This document shows positions 51,765 to 64,000 of a DNA stretch of 64,000 bases, piece after piece. The first letter of the stretch is position 1; every line of letters begins with the position of its first letter. The stretch is from Carcharhinus longimanus. Taxonomy: Eukaryota. A program made the position numbers and the translations under genes. The stretch spans positions 88,936,022 through 89,000,021 of the forward strand of contig JASCQW010000072.1 in assembly GCA_030264375.1 (NCBI GenBank). The letters run 5' to 3'. The notes beneath the pieces are model-generated. The model worked only from the letters and a program-made list of their open reading frames with translations. It ran no database searches and was not told the DNA's origin.

Positions 51765-52636
51765 AAAATGAAATATCTAAATACATCCCTAGAGCATTTG
51801 TCACTAAAACATAAATCATGATGTCACAGCACAATGTGGAACTATTCTGTTTCTAAGCCTACACAACATTGAATAAATTGCTGCTGTCATAAGCTGATGA
51901 AATACGTTTTCTTTCTCTACATTCCCAGCTGAAAATGTGTCTGCACCCTCTTGTGCAGAGGGTTAGTGGGCTAACTTATCACTTGAGTGCTTTAAGAGGC
52001 AGCAGTTGTTCAAATCAAGGTGTTCAAACTTTGTCTTTGTGAGCCAGTGATTGCTAAAGAACCTTAGATGTCTCAGTTTATTTCAGCATCTCCATTAATT
52101 TGCATACCTGTCAAATTACTGCTATTACTTCAAAATATGCAGTTAGGAACAAGTTGTTTTAATTACCAGATTGCTATTACTTAAAGGTCAGAGGTTAGGC
52201 TTGTTGAGTTGCAGATTTTTGTTAAAACAAAGCAATATACAATTCCAATTCTCAAACAATTAAAATATGTGTTCTTGCTCATGTAATTTTCAGCTATGAC
52301 TGATGAATTTTTATATTCAGGACTAATAATCTACAGTCTCAATAAAAAGCAGATTTAGGACGTTTGAATTAAGATTAAATTATATCTATAGATATCAACA
52401 GTCATCAATTAGGGTACAACTGGCTTCAATGTCCATAAATGGGGAATGATAAAGCCAGGTCAATAGTTCTGCTCCTGGTTATCCACCCTCGCATACTGGA
52501 AAGTGAATCTGTGAGCACTGACTGATTACAGAATGACTCTTATCATGCCTGTTGACCCAATAGCTTAACATTTACCAAAGCTCACACATGGAAAATAACC
52601 AAATGAAATAAAACCAAAAGCAAAACCTATTCATAC

Positions 52637-52840
52637 TTTGCAGTACACTTTTGAATATCTGATATTCATCAATATTGCTGTCTTCATTATCAACAATGGT
52701 GCAGTATCCTTCAAGAGCAGTCTCCTCTGCATCATCATCTTCCCATTCTTCATCATCACCATCCTCCCCAGCTTGCTTTGCCAACATTTCTAGATACTCC
52801 TGTCCATCTTCATCAATATCATCTTCATCACTGCCCAACT
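52637..52840 (-). CDS. IPO7: IPO7 acidic-loop exon (204 nt), [29 protein letters not shown]...YQIFKSVLQ
   Basis: gacag/gtatga boundaries; lies inside ORF 52572..52847. Confidence 0.97.
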
Positions 52841-53401
52841 CTGTCAAAAATAAAATCGTGGTTTATCCAACATAAGAGATCAAAACATTTAAAAAATAAT
52901 TTCTATTGTGGTTTATTCAGTAATAAAGTTCAATTGTAGATTTGGATCAATTAGTTCACCAGTTATGTATCAGTTGGATTTTCATTCAACAATTTTTTTT
53001 AAAGCACCATAATTTGTGCACTTAGTGGAGTCCCCTGCAAGTCCAGGAAGCCAAAGCCACCAAGGGAATTATTTCACTGTGAATCCATGACACAGCATTA
53101 TGAATACTTGGAGACTGTCAACAGGTCAAGTTATTTCATTTTCTTCCCCCATCCTCACTTTGAACATGTTTTTGCTGACTGCATTGACAGGACATCATTT
53201 GCTTTACTGCAAATGCCTGTTTTAATACGCTCACACAATGTCATTCTCTATTTTGCCTTTGCTCACCATTAACGTTTAATAAAAAACTGTACCACTAATG
53301 GAGAATACTAATGATCATTGATGTTGCAGTTAAAACTGAATAAATTCAATACACAAGTGGAAGATCAACCTGCAAGATTGTTCCAGAAATTACTGTAACA
53401 A

Positions 53402-53709
53402 GGGCAGCATGGTGGCACAGTGATTAGCACTGCCACATTACAGCCCCAGGACCCAGGTTCAATTCCAGCCTTTGCTGACTGTGTGAAGGTTGCACATTCT
53501 CCTGTGTCTGCGTGGGTCCTCCCAGAATCCAAAGATGTGTAGGTTAGGTGGATTGGCCATGATAAATTGTCCCTTAGTGTCCCAAGATGTGTAGGTTAAG
53601 TTGATTAGTTGTGGGAAATGTATGGGGTTATGGAGATGGGCCTGTCAGAGTCGGTGCACTCCTGATGGCTGAATGGCCTCTTCTGCGCTATAGGGACTCT
53701 ATGATTCTA
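53402..53709 (+). mobile_element. HE1-like SINE
   Basis: gggcagcatggtggcacagtgattagcactg head, family tail. Confidence 0.85.
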
Positions 53710-54087
53710 AGTAAAGGAATGTTCAACCTCAGGACTATGAACATCTTATTTCGATTGGTTTCTTCCTGTTAAATCATTTTGTATGTCACACTTTTGCCTT
53801 AAGCAACACACTACAAAAAAGTACCTCCTCATCATAAAGCAGGGTTAGGCAGAAAGTGTGCACTTTACTACAGAAGTCCGATTATTGAGCAGATTTAATG
53901 ACTTCTTTCCTGGGATGGATGCAGTGTGTGGGCTTGAAAGGAGAGATGGGATGTAAATGGGAAAGAAAAGGAAATGATCAATGAGGAACTTGTCTGTGAT
54001 TGAGACAATAAGTGTAAAAAGATTGCCAAAGTCAGAAGGGTCTAAAGGGTGCAGCGATTCTACAATTTAAACATTTTGTAACTTTGT

Positions 54088-54359
54088 CGAATCCCTATAG
54101 TGCTGAAAGATGCCATTCGGCCCATTGGGCTGCAAGAACAATCCTACCAGGCCCCGTCCCCGTACCCTCTCGTATTGATACTGCTAACCTCACTGGCACT
54201 GAGGGGCAATTTAGCATGGCCAATCAACCTAACGTGCACATCTTAGGACTGTGGCAGGAAACCATAACAACGGGAAGAAACTCCACACCAAGGCCAGAAC
54301 TGAATCCGGGTCTCTGGCGCTGAGAGGCAGCAGTGCTAAACACTGCCACCACGCTGCCC
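54088..54359 (-). mobile_element. HE1-like SINE
   Basis: Reverse complement of family head at 54310-54359. Confidence 0.8.
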
Positions 54360-55502
54360 TTGCCTTTGCCTGGATACCAACTTTTCAAGTACTGGTCGGA
54401 GTAATAAGATCTACTTGATATACTGAGTAATGGTAGGAGTAATAAGATATATTTTGATACAATGAAGTATGCCAAGTTGTATGCCAGCTGATTAAGCAAG
54501 TTTATTCAATAAGCAACTGTGAATCATGCAAGCGAGGAAGATCAAGTTCAATCTTTAACCTAAGCTGATTTAACGAAGTCAAGAACAGACAATAAAATGG
54601 AGACTGAGGACAGAAATGAAATAAAAACCATCCAAGCAACATATTTGAAGTACGAGACCAAGATCAATTGGAATGCTACACTGCTTAGTGAAAAATCAGT
54701 ACCACATTTACATCTCATGCATAAACAATAGCCATTTGGCCAAAGTATCAGGGGAAACCCAGTTCGATTGGATGCTTGCTCATAGTGGTGCAGGATTTTA
54801 AGATATTTGTATAAACACACAAAAAAATGCCAATAACCTGTAGTTACTGTTCCAGTGAAATATTTACTACTGACCAAGGACAACCCTTCAAACTGGCCAT
54901 CATGTAACTGAAAATAATTCTAAAGCTATAATGAGGGGGAAAAAATCTAAAGAACTTCACTGGCAAATATTAATCTGTAAGCCTCCGTATAAAGTGCTGA
55001 ATCACCAAGACAATTTGTGCTGTTCATAAAACATCTCAAGCTTCAGTTTCTTGGCTTGTGACACCATTACAGGCCAAGTCATCCAATTTCTAACGGTCAT
55101 ATACAGCATTTCTATCATGCTCCCATTAATGCATTAATGTCATCAGAGGAAGGCAATTGCCTAACAAGGCAGTGAGCTTTATTTAATTTATAGCTCTTGA
55201 AAAATACATGGAGTTGGGCTCAATTAAACCAATCCCAGAATTTCAAGAGTAACAACAAATCATCAATATTCAGCTGCCACAGTTCATATTGTCAGAATCA
55301 CCGATTAGCCCTATAACTCAATCCCAAGCATCCATTACTCTAGACAGGCATGATAATTCAGGATGAAAACCAAAAAAAAAAATCNNNNNNNNNNNNNNNN
55401 NNNNNNNNNNNNNNNNNNNNNNNNNNNNNNNNNNNNNNNNNNNNNNNNNNNNNNNNNNNNNNNNNNNNNNNNNNNNNNNNNNNNCACAAATTACGGTCAT
55501 AC

Positions 55503-55708
55503 CATTTTCATCCTCATCTTCTCCATCATCTTCATCATCACTGTCATTTTCATGCTCTGCACGGCAAGCATAGGCTCTCTTCAGTCCACCAAAGAGAAGA
55601 GTGAGAGCTGGCAGAATCTGTCCGGCAACCTGGTTCACAATTTGTGGTCTTTGATCGAGTTCAATCAACGCACAGAGACCAAGCACACACATTTTTCGGT
55701 CATGTAAA
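55503..55708 (-). CDS. IPO7: IPO7 exon (206 nt), [22 protein letters not shown]...[18 protein letters not shown]
   Basis: ccag/gtatga boundaries, phase 2/1; lies inside ORF 55318..55743. Confidence 0.97.
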
Positions 55709-57046
55709 CTGGATAAAAGGGAAGAGAGTTTGTTGGATGTCATAAATGTTAAAAACAGAAGACAGTTCTAAATTAAACAGGTTGGAAGAGTTGCAACACT
55801 GCACAAACATTAGTATTATACTCATTGAAACATGAATTTCATGTAGGTGAAGTCAAACAATGGAATATAGTTTAAAAGCAGTATAATGCATTACAGTAAT
55901 AAAATGTGAGGATGTGACTATAGTAAGTAATGCAACTCCATCTGAACTTCAAAACTTCTACTTTCCATCTCCAATTCACACAGTCTTCCACTATTCAGGA
56001 AAGTTATCACATCTCAAAAACCATCACTCCATTTCTACAAATGGATGAGAAACTATGGTTTCGATAATGGCTCAAATGACAAAGGCAGTATCAAGTCATA
56101 ACAGCTGAGGTTCCCAGGTTTATCCTGGATCACATCTCAGCTCAGTGTTCTAAAATTCAAGCTACAGGCTGGGGAGGCAATAAAGACCAGGTTATCATTC
56201 TAATCAACATTAAACAATCTTGCTATTATTTGTGTGCATGAATACATGTTGTCATCATGCCTCTTTATAGTTCACTGTAACATCAATGCAACAAGATCAA
56301 AGAGGTGGTGAAGATGGTTTGGCTCCTTCCACCACAAAGTTGCTGGTGTCGATGCAGTGCTGTGGAGCAAAACAAAATATTGAAGATCCACACCCATACC
56401 AGCAGCTGGCTTAGGGTGGCACTGCCAAAAGCCCACAAAGAATTTAGTAAAACAAAATAACTAGCCATATCTGCACAAGTATCGCTTTGAAGTAAATGAT
56501 CAGTGCGAAAAGTACTATTACTGTTCTGCTGCCCAATTCAGCACTAGTCTCAGGCTAATCTTTACTGTGCATTTTACAGCAAACAATAATGTCAAGAACA
56601 AAAGTCTCAACTATAATTATGGATCAAAAAATATAGTCCACTCCAGTGAAACTCTAGATACTGTTCCTGAAGATTAGTCCAGCCACGTGCTTAGCTAGTC
56701 ATATTAACTATGGGTACAAATATTTTTGTCAGCACTCTCAGGTTTAGAGAGAAAGGGTTAAATCTTTCTGCCTCCTTCTAAATCTAAATACCTCCAACTA
56801 AATACTACAAAAAACTCTTAACAGCGTAATTTCACCTACTTCCCCAAGTTGCCCCCACATGGTCAAACCTAAGCACAACTTCAAAGTGTACTCAACCATG
56901 AATTAAGTTTGAAACCCTCAGCTGAACGACCAAGGTTTCCTACTTCACTTCTGCTAAAACTTTCATGCACACTATGTATTTCTACATAGATGAATTTGGC
57001 AACACTTGTGTATAGACTGGTTCTAGGTCATCAAGGCAGCTGCCAC

Positions 57047-57525
57047 TCAATCCTTACAGTGCAGAGGAAGGCCATTCAGCCCATCAAGTCTGCACCAGCT
57101 TTCCGAAAGACCATCTTACCCAGGTTCACACTCCCCTGCCCTATCCCCATAACCCATGCATTTACTATGGCTCATCCCTCTAACCTACATATCTTGAGAC
57201 ACCAAGGGACAATTTAGTATGGCCAATCCACCTAACTTGTANNNNNNNNNNNNNNNNNNNNNNNNNNNNNNNNNNNNNNNNNNNNNNNNNNNNNNNNNNN
57301 NNNNNNNNNNNNNNNNNNNNNNNNNNNNNNNNNNNNNNNNNGACAATTTAGTATGGCCAATCCACCTACCTTGTACATCTTTGGACTGTGGGAGGAAACC
57401 AGAGCACCTGGACAAAACTCATGGAAACACCGGGGGAAAACTGCAATCTCCATACAGTCACCAGAGGCCAGAATCAAACTTGGAGGTCCATAGCTGAGGC
57501 AACAGTGCAAACCACTGTGCCACTA
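57047..57525 (-). mobile_element. HE1-like SINE spanning an assembly gap
   Basis: Family homology on both sides of the N-run. Confidence 0.8.
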
Positions 57526-58312
57526 TTTCATCCTGTCAAGTTTTCATCATCCATGCTCCAGATACACTGGCTTCTTGATCCCAGTGTAGTTAATGCATAA
57601 TACCCTCTTCAATTTTACGTCCTCCCGCTTTTGAAATCTCACCTAAATGTCTCGCAACTTGTGATATTTGGATTTTGGACCAATGTATGTCTACTATATG
57701 TTTTGCTTGCAGCAAAGCCTTCAACTCTGCTATTTGGAACACACTTCCAAATGTTTTCTTTCCCACAGTTCCCTTCCACCTCCACTCCACTGTTACTCTC
57801 CTCCCAATCTCAAAATCTGAATAATTACACTTGATGCAAGTTCGGACTTGATGCATTATCAGACCCTCGGGTGGTTTCTCTGAAGTTATTTCTTTACATA
57901 AGCACTTGTTTGAGATGGGGAAGGAAATTACACATGATTTGAAAAATGCAAATCTACAAGATGTTCCAATCCACAGGTTCCTTGATATTTATTCACCCCT
58001 AAAAACATTTCATTTGTGGCATTCTACCTATGCCTGCCTAGTCCCACTAAACAGTATATAAAAGGTCATTGTAGCAAACTGTTCCTTTCACATAAAAGCA
58101 GAGTATTCCCAGATTGCTTTGGCAAAGGTTGAGAATTCAGCATATTTTATCACCCCAGAAAACTAATTTAACATTCTAATCCATCGTGACGAAGCTGCAC
58201 GCAGACAAGTCACTCTCAAATAGCACACCATGGTACAATATTGTCACAACTTTTAACAGCCTCAGAGAACAAATTGAACACTCGTTCTATTTTCTCTTTT
58301 GGCAAGCCTTAC

Positions 58313-58533
58313 CCTAAAAAGCAGTCTACATCATTCAGCCACTGGTTAACAAACTGAGTGGTGATTGGCTCTGTGTTGTTGGGAAAATGGAGGTTTTCCA
58401 AGGTATTCAGCAACAGGATTGGGTTGTAGTACAATGCAGCAATGGCAACTTGTAAACACATAGTTCTTAGTTCACTGGTCTTGACTTCTCTGGTCAGCCT
58501 CTCAAGTGCTGCTTCCACAAACAGAGGTATACA
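58313..58533 (-). CDS. IPO7: IPO7 exon (221 nt), [38 protein letters not shown]...[10 protein letters not shown]
   Basis: tgtag/gtaagg boundaries, phase 0/2. Confidence 0.97.
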
Positions 58534-59279
58534 CTACAACAAAACAAAATATACATGGCAATCTTCAACAGTGAAGTATGTTTAAAGAGAAGAGACAAAA
58601 TTTATAAAAATGCCTTACAACCTGTCGTAGTTCCAAAATAGCACGTTATCGGGGCAACAAATTATCTGTACAGGCATTGTGAAAAACAGGTCATTCTTAG
58701 CATGGTGAATTAACTGAGATTTGGGCAATTACCAAAATATTAAGTTACACTGTGACTATTTACAGTTGAACACGTAGACAAGTTTAATTTTTATTTAAAT
58801 CTTTCCCATACCACCCAACCAGATATGCAAACAACTTTGGCAGCTTGCTTAAGTGGTCACTCTTTAGATGGACATCTTGACAACAAGTGTTAAGAGATAA
58901 TCAGACTGTGAAAGACATAATAGGTAAGTGTGATAATGTCTTCACTGAACAGCTCCCTATCTCTCCAGCAGTCATCTGTGGTAGTAATGGGAGATTAACC
59001 AACTGCATTAACAACAAAACCCCAACATAATTCACAGGAGATGAACTTGGGGCAAAGTATTCTACACCAGGTAATGGCTTTACCCACTAGTCATCAGGGA
59101 GCTGAACCTTTTTATTTTCAATTGGAAAAATCAAAATGGCTATTCCAGGTGGTGCTGTCCTCATTTAAGGATTCATACAGCTTTGCCACCATTTGCAGTT
59201 TGGTTATTACATAAAAATTCAAGAGCACTTCTGCACCATAATAACCACAAAAGGCTCAGAAAAACGGTTAGCTAACCAA

Positions 59280-59825
59280 AAAAGGTTAGCTTATGAGGAG
59301 AGATTGAGTGGATTGGCCTTGTACTCGTTGGGAGTTTAGAAGGCTGAGGTGGATCTTATAGAGACATACAAGATAATGAAGGGGCTAGACAGGGTAGAGG
59401 CAGAGAGATTATTTCCTCTTAGAAAGATCAGCCATGATCTTATTGAATGGCGGGGCAGGCTCGAAGGGCTAGATGGCCTACTCCTGCTCCTATTTCTTAT
59501 GTTCTTCTGTTCTAAAGGAAACAAGAACTGGACGGCACAGCCTCAAAATAAGGGGGAGTCAATTTAGAAAACAGTTGAGGAGAAACTTCTCTCAGAGGGT
59601 AGTGAATCTTTGGAATTCTCTGCCCCTTGAAGGAGTGGAGGCTACCTCGTTAAATGTGTTTAAGTCACAGGTAGATGGATTTCTAATCAAAAAGGGAATT
59701 AAGGGTTATGGGGAGCAGGCAAGTAAGTGGAACTGAACCACCATCAGATCAGCCATGATCTCATTGAATGGCGAGGCAGGCTCAAGGGGCTAGATGGCCT
59801 ACTTCTGCTCCTATTTCTTATGCTA
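59280..59825 (+). mobile_element. CR1 LINE 3' fragment with a nested second CR1 tail
   Basis: DLIETYKIMKGLDRV and FSQRVVNLWNSLP motifs; tail present twice (about 59425-59505 and 59745-59822). Confidence 0.88.
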
Positions 59826-60001
59826 TATTCTTATTCAATTCATGTTGCTCAAAAGTATTAGTTTGTTAAGTGCTAGAACGAAATAGGTTACCGTAAGTCA
59901 TATTCTTAAAAAGCCTTCAGAGAAGTAACCAGACTTCAACGTTTGAAGTGAAATTCATTGGATAGCTATGTAAATGCATTCAAAAGCTGTAATTTCCGTT
60001 A

Positions 60002-60109
<108 letters not shown>

Positions 60110-62029
60110 CTAAAAAACAGAAATAAATTAGCTTAAGGCGGCACCAGGAAAGTGATAGATTCAAGAATTAGTTTAAAAATAAGAATGAGAATGAAAAACT
60201 AGATGAGATTGAGCTTTCAAAATCAAAGGGCACCAGAATGATTACAACCTGGCAAATTCACTGAAGTTTCAGGACAGTCAAAATCATCTCCAATTTTTGT
60301 CTTCCCCACTATATATCCTAGTCAGCATACTATTCTTCAGCTAAGGATGCAACCAGGCAACTTGCACCAGGAATTTGTGAAAATTCCTTTTGAACATGAG
60401 TAGGTCTACAACTACAGGACTAAAAAAAATGACATCCTCTGATGACAAATTGAAATGGAAACTCAACTTTCAAGGGCAGTAAGTGGTAGTGAAATAGCTG
60501 CTCTGTGGCGCAACCAATTAGAAATCCAACATATCAGGATTGAAATGGTCTTCTAAAGTTAGTATAAAGTGGGGAAATATTAAACAGTAGCCCGTGTTAG
60601 ACTCTACCAGATATCTATTTCCTCACTGATTGTGATGGGATAGATAATCAAGAAAAATGCAAATTAACATCTAATTCAACATTCTTCATTTTGCACGACT
60701 GCTCAAGACAAATTTCAATCCCATTCTGGTTATCAACCCTGGTGTGATTACATTTGAAACAAACATCTGCAGCATTACATAACTATGGCTCAAAAAGATA
60801 ACATTAAAATATATTCCCCCCAAAGTCAACCAACGCCACCATATCAGTTTTCATATCAACCTTTAATCCCTGCCCTTCAATTGATTGAAGAAACAAATAT
60901 CAGAGCCAGGGTACAGGCTATCAAACAAAGTTATCAAAATCAGCCAGGACTGAGGAGCTAGAGGTGCAGAAGTATTTTCACACTTTTGCTGATTTAAAAG
61001 TCTGAGTGGCCTCCATGAGCTAGGTATAACCATAAATATATCAAGTGTAAATAATGGGAAAGTGCAGGACAATCAGCCCTGACATCAATGATGAGCCCTG
61101 AAAGTACTCTGAGCATGGGGTCTCCCCTGATTCCTATCAGGCCCTCAGATTCAAGCTTAAGTGGACTTCTTGGAAGTTGTGGCGCTGTTGCAGTGCCCAG
61201 TAACAGCTAACTGCTCAGTGTTCACTGCTATTGGGATCATAAGATCCAGGTCCTTATATTTCTGTGAAATGCTTTAATGTTTCATTATGTTAAAAGGTGC
61301 TAGATAAATATGAATTACAATTGTTCCACTGACTGTGAACGTGCGTTGAGGATTGGAGTATAGTCAACATAATACCCATTTTTAGAAAGGGAAACACAGC
61401 CACTCAGGTAGACAGGCTAGTTAAACTTTTATGGAAGGAATGAAAAAAGTCAATTAAAAATGATACCAATTTCTAACTAAAGGGAAAACAGAAGCTACAA
61501 ACACATTGGGGGTGCAGTGAAATTCACTACTTACAATGTACAAGATTAAATGCAGTGGATTTGGCAAAGCGAGCAAATTGAATTTAAAATTGGTTTGGTA
61601 GGAGCCAAGGTTTCTCAGTTGAAATTTAAAGATACAGTGTAACTTATCAAATCTAGAAACCAGAAACACCAGTGGTCTGAATTTCTTTTTGAGCACACAT
61701 GCCTATGTGCAGAAACTAGCCACTTACAGCATTACAATAGAGTTAACATTACGCACCTAATGGTTAAGACACTACTTTCATGGCATTTGTCAAGTACAAG
61801 TGTCTCTAAATGCAGTCAAAGAGGTATGTTTTAAGTAAGTTTTTGAGGATGGGAAGGGATTGGTTTAGTAATCAACCCCTGACTCCTTCTCACCATACCA
61901 ACACAGCTATGAACATTTGCTGAGTACTGCAGTTTGCAAACATCAAAAATACACCACTTGGATAAATAAAACAATTATTGCTTTATAACACTGTCATTGT
62001 TTTATGTTTTAGGTACATATTTATTTCAG

Positions 62030-62690
62030 ACCATAAGACATAGGAGCAGAATTCAGACCACTGCACAGCGAGTCTGCTCCACCATTCAATCATGGCTGAT
62101 TTTTTCTCATCTCCATTCTCCTGCCTTTTTCCCACAATTCCTGATCCCCTTATTAATCAAGGACCTATCTCTGTCTTAAAGACACTCGATGACCTGGCCT
62201 CCACGTCCTTCTGTGGCAACGAGTTCCACAGATTCACCACTCTGGCTGAAGAAAATCCTCCTCACTGCTGCTTTAAAGGATCCTCCCTTTAGCCTGAGGT
62301 TGTGCCCTCTGGTTCTAGTTTTTCCTAAGGGAAACATCATCTCCACATCCACTTTTTCCAGGCCTCGCAGTATCCTATAAGTTTCAATAAGATCCCTCCA
62401 TACACTTCTAAACCCCAACGAGTACAGATCCAGAATCCTCAACCATTCTTCATATGCCAAGCTCTTCATTCCAGGGATCATTCTTATGAACCTCCTCTGG
62501 ACTCCTTCCAAGGCCAGCACATCCTTCCTTAAATATGGGGCCCAAAACGGCTCACAATACTCCAAATGGGGTCTGACCAGAGCCTTACAGAGCCGAAGTA
62601 TATCTCTGTTCTGTATTCTAGCCCTCTCAAGATGAATGCTAACATTGCGTTGCCTTCCTAACAGCCGACTGAGTCTGCACATTAACCTGA
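62030..62690 (-). mobile_element. CR1 LINE 3' fragment
   Basis: ALVRPHLEYCEPFWAPYLRKDVLALEGVQRRF in ORF 62176..62811. Confidence 0.9.
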
Positions 62691-62989
62691 ATTGGTTCAC
62701 ACACTTGTGGGTAGGCATTCTAACGTAATTCCAAAATCCAGAATTGTCATAATTAAAGAAATAAACGGGGTGGGTTTGGGGCTTAGCTTGAACTCTAGTT
62801 GTGTACCCCAATTTATGCTTATTTTAAATTCTGCTGTAGTCTAACAAGACTGGGAGGATACTTAGAGTAACTTGACATTGGAAAAAATGGGCCAGTGGGA
62901 GCATTGTTGGATCTAACTTCCCAATTATGTTCATGGAGGTACATAACTCCAAGCCACACAGTGAATTTGATTTATTTTGTCGCTCAGCT

Positions 62990-63840
62990 TCAACATTTGA
63001 ACATACTCCTGTGTCCAAGGTAGGTATTATACATGACAAGCTTAATGAGGTTTTCCGTGAATTATATTTGAAACATATCAGTTTTCATATACGTGACAAC
63101 ATCCAGCTCGACCTCAACCATCACCTCTCTCAATCCCTCCATTGTCTCAATACTCCCATACTGCTTGTTTGACAACCAGCACTGGATGCACAAAAATTTT
63201 TCCCAGTTAAATACTGAAACTAATATAGCCTTTTTTTTACCCCCAATTTCCACAACAAACTTCATTCCCCCAGCCACCAAATTCACCCCTCTCAGAGGCT
63301 GAGCCAAACTGTTCTGACCCCAAGACAAGCTTTTAAGTACACATCAGTAAGATCACTTATTTCCACCTCTTTAACAGTGCCCATCACCACCTCTGCCTAA
63401 GCACCAGTGTTGTTGAAACCCTCATCTACATCTTACCTACAGACTTGACTATTCTCAAGGACTCCTGGCTGATTTCCCAAATTCTATCCTCTGTAAGCTT
63501 GAGATCATCCAAAATTTTCTGCTTGTATCCATAACGATATCAAATTCATCTCATCTATACTCCTGACCTACACTGACTTCTGGTTAAGTAACATCTCCAC
63601 TTTAAAATTCTCATCCTTGTTTTAAAATCCAGTCCCCCCACCCCCAATTCTATAATCTTCACAAGCTCCACAAACCTCATATTTTCGCTCCTTAAATTTC
63701 AGCCTCTTTTGCATCCAGATTGTAATCACTCCACCACTGTTAGCCATGTCTTCAGCTACCAAGGTCCCTAAGCTCAGGAATTCACTCCCCAAACCTCTCT
63801 CTCTTTCCTCCTTTTAAACTTTAAAACCTACACTTTAATG
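62990..63840 (+). mobile_element. Old L2-like LINE 3' fragment
   Basis: Degenerate DDxQL, WMHKNFSQLN and RLDYS motifs; related fragments at about 43200-44040 (+) and 20620-20880 (-). Confidence 0.65.
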
Positions 63841-63844
63841 AAGT

Positions 63845-64000
63845 GAGGCAGTGGTTAGCAGTAGGACTGTTGCCTCACAGCGCCAGGGACCTGGATTCGA
63901 TTTCCAGCTTGGGTCACTGTCTATGTGAAGTTTGCACGTTCTCTCACGGGTTTCGTCTAGGTGCTCTGGTTTCCTCCTACAGTCTGAAGGACATGCTGGT
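63845..64000 (+). mobile_element. HE1-like SINE 5' part (runs off the edge)
   Basis: A/B boxes and V-domain. Confidence 0.8.

Noticed and set aside
57208-57368. Duplicated gacaatttagtatggccaatccaccta
   Set aside because: Sits on both sides of a 100-N gap inside a SINE; likely assembly overlap (same for tgtgaaag at the 37707 gap)
62176-62811. Longest ORF in the track (211 aa)
   Set aside because: CR1 ORF2 C-terminal remnant fused to random flank; not a host gene

Overview
Eukaryotic genomic DNA, very probably from a shark, judged by HE1/V-SINE-type SINEs and CR1, RTE, Rex1/Babar and L2 LINE remnants. The scaffold has 8 N-gaps. Two spliced genes lie on the minus strand in the vertebrate IPO7->ZNF143 order. 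(1) The last six coding exons and 3'UTR of importin-7 (IPO7; exons at 60014-60109, 58313-58533, 55503-55708, 52637-52840, 50563-50679, 50138-50235). (2) The 5' part of ZNF143/Staf: a CpG-island promoter at about 33.4-34.6 kb, an inferred exon 1 ending at 33682, a ~28.6 kb intron 1, and coding exons at 4999-5107, 2806-2898 and 1822-1905. Most ORFs in the track are spurious or TE-derived. Best leads: three families of palindromic, Penelope-like non-autonomous repeats carrying minimal type-I hammerhead ribozyme motifs; in-frame upstream ATGs and ZNF143-binding-site-like motifs in ZNF143 exon 1; a promoter built from tandemly amplified CCAAT/TGATTGAC/GC-box modules; an RTE LINE with twin-priming-like 5' inversion geometry; a ~7-10 kb reversed strand-skew domain in ZNF143 intron 1; and a coding-like cryptic exon in the IPO7 3'UTR. 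Repeat family names and boundaries were assigned by eye and are approximate.
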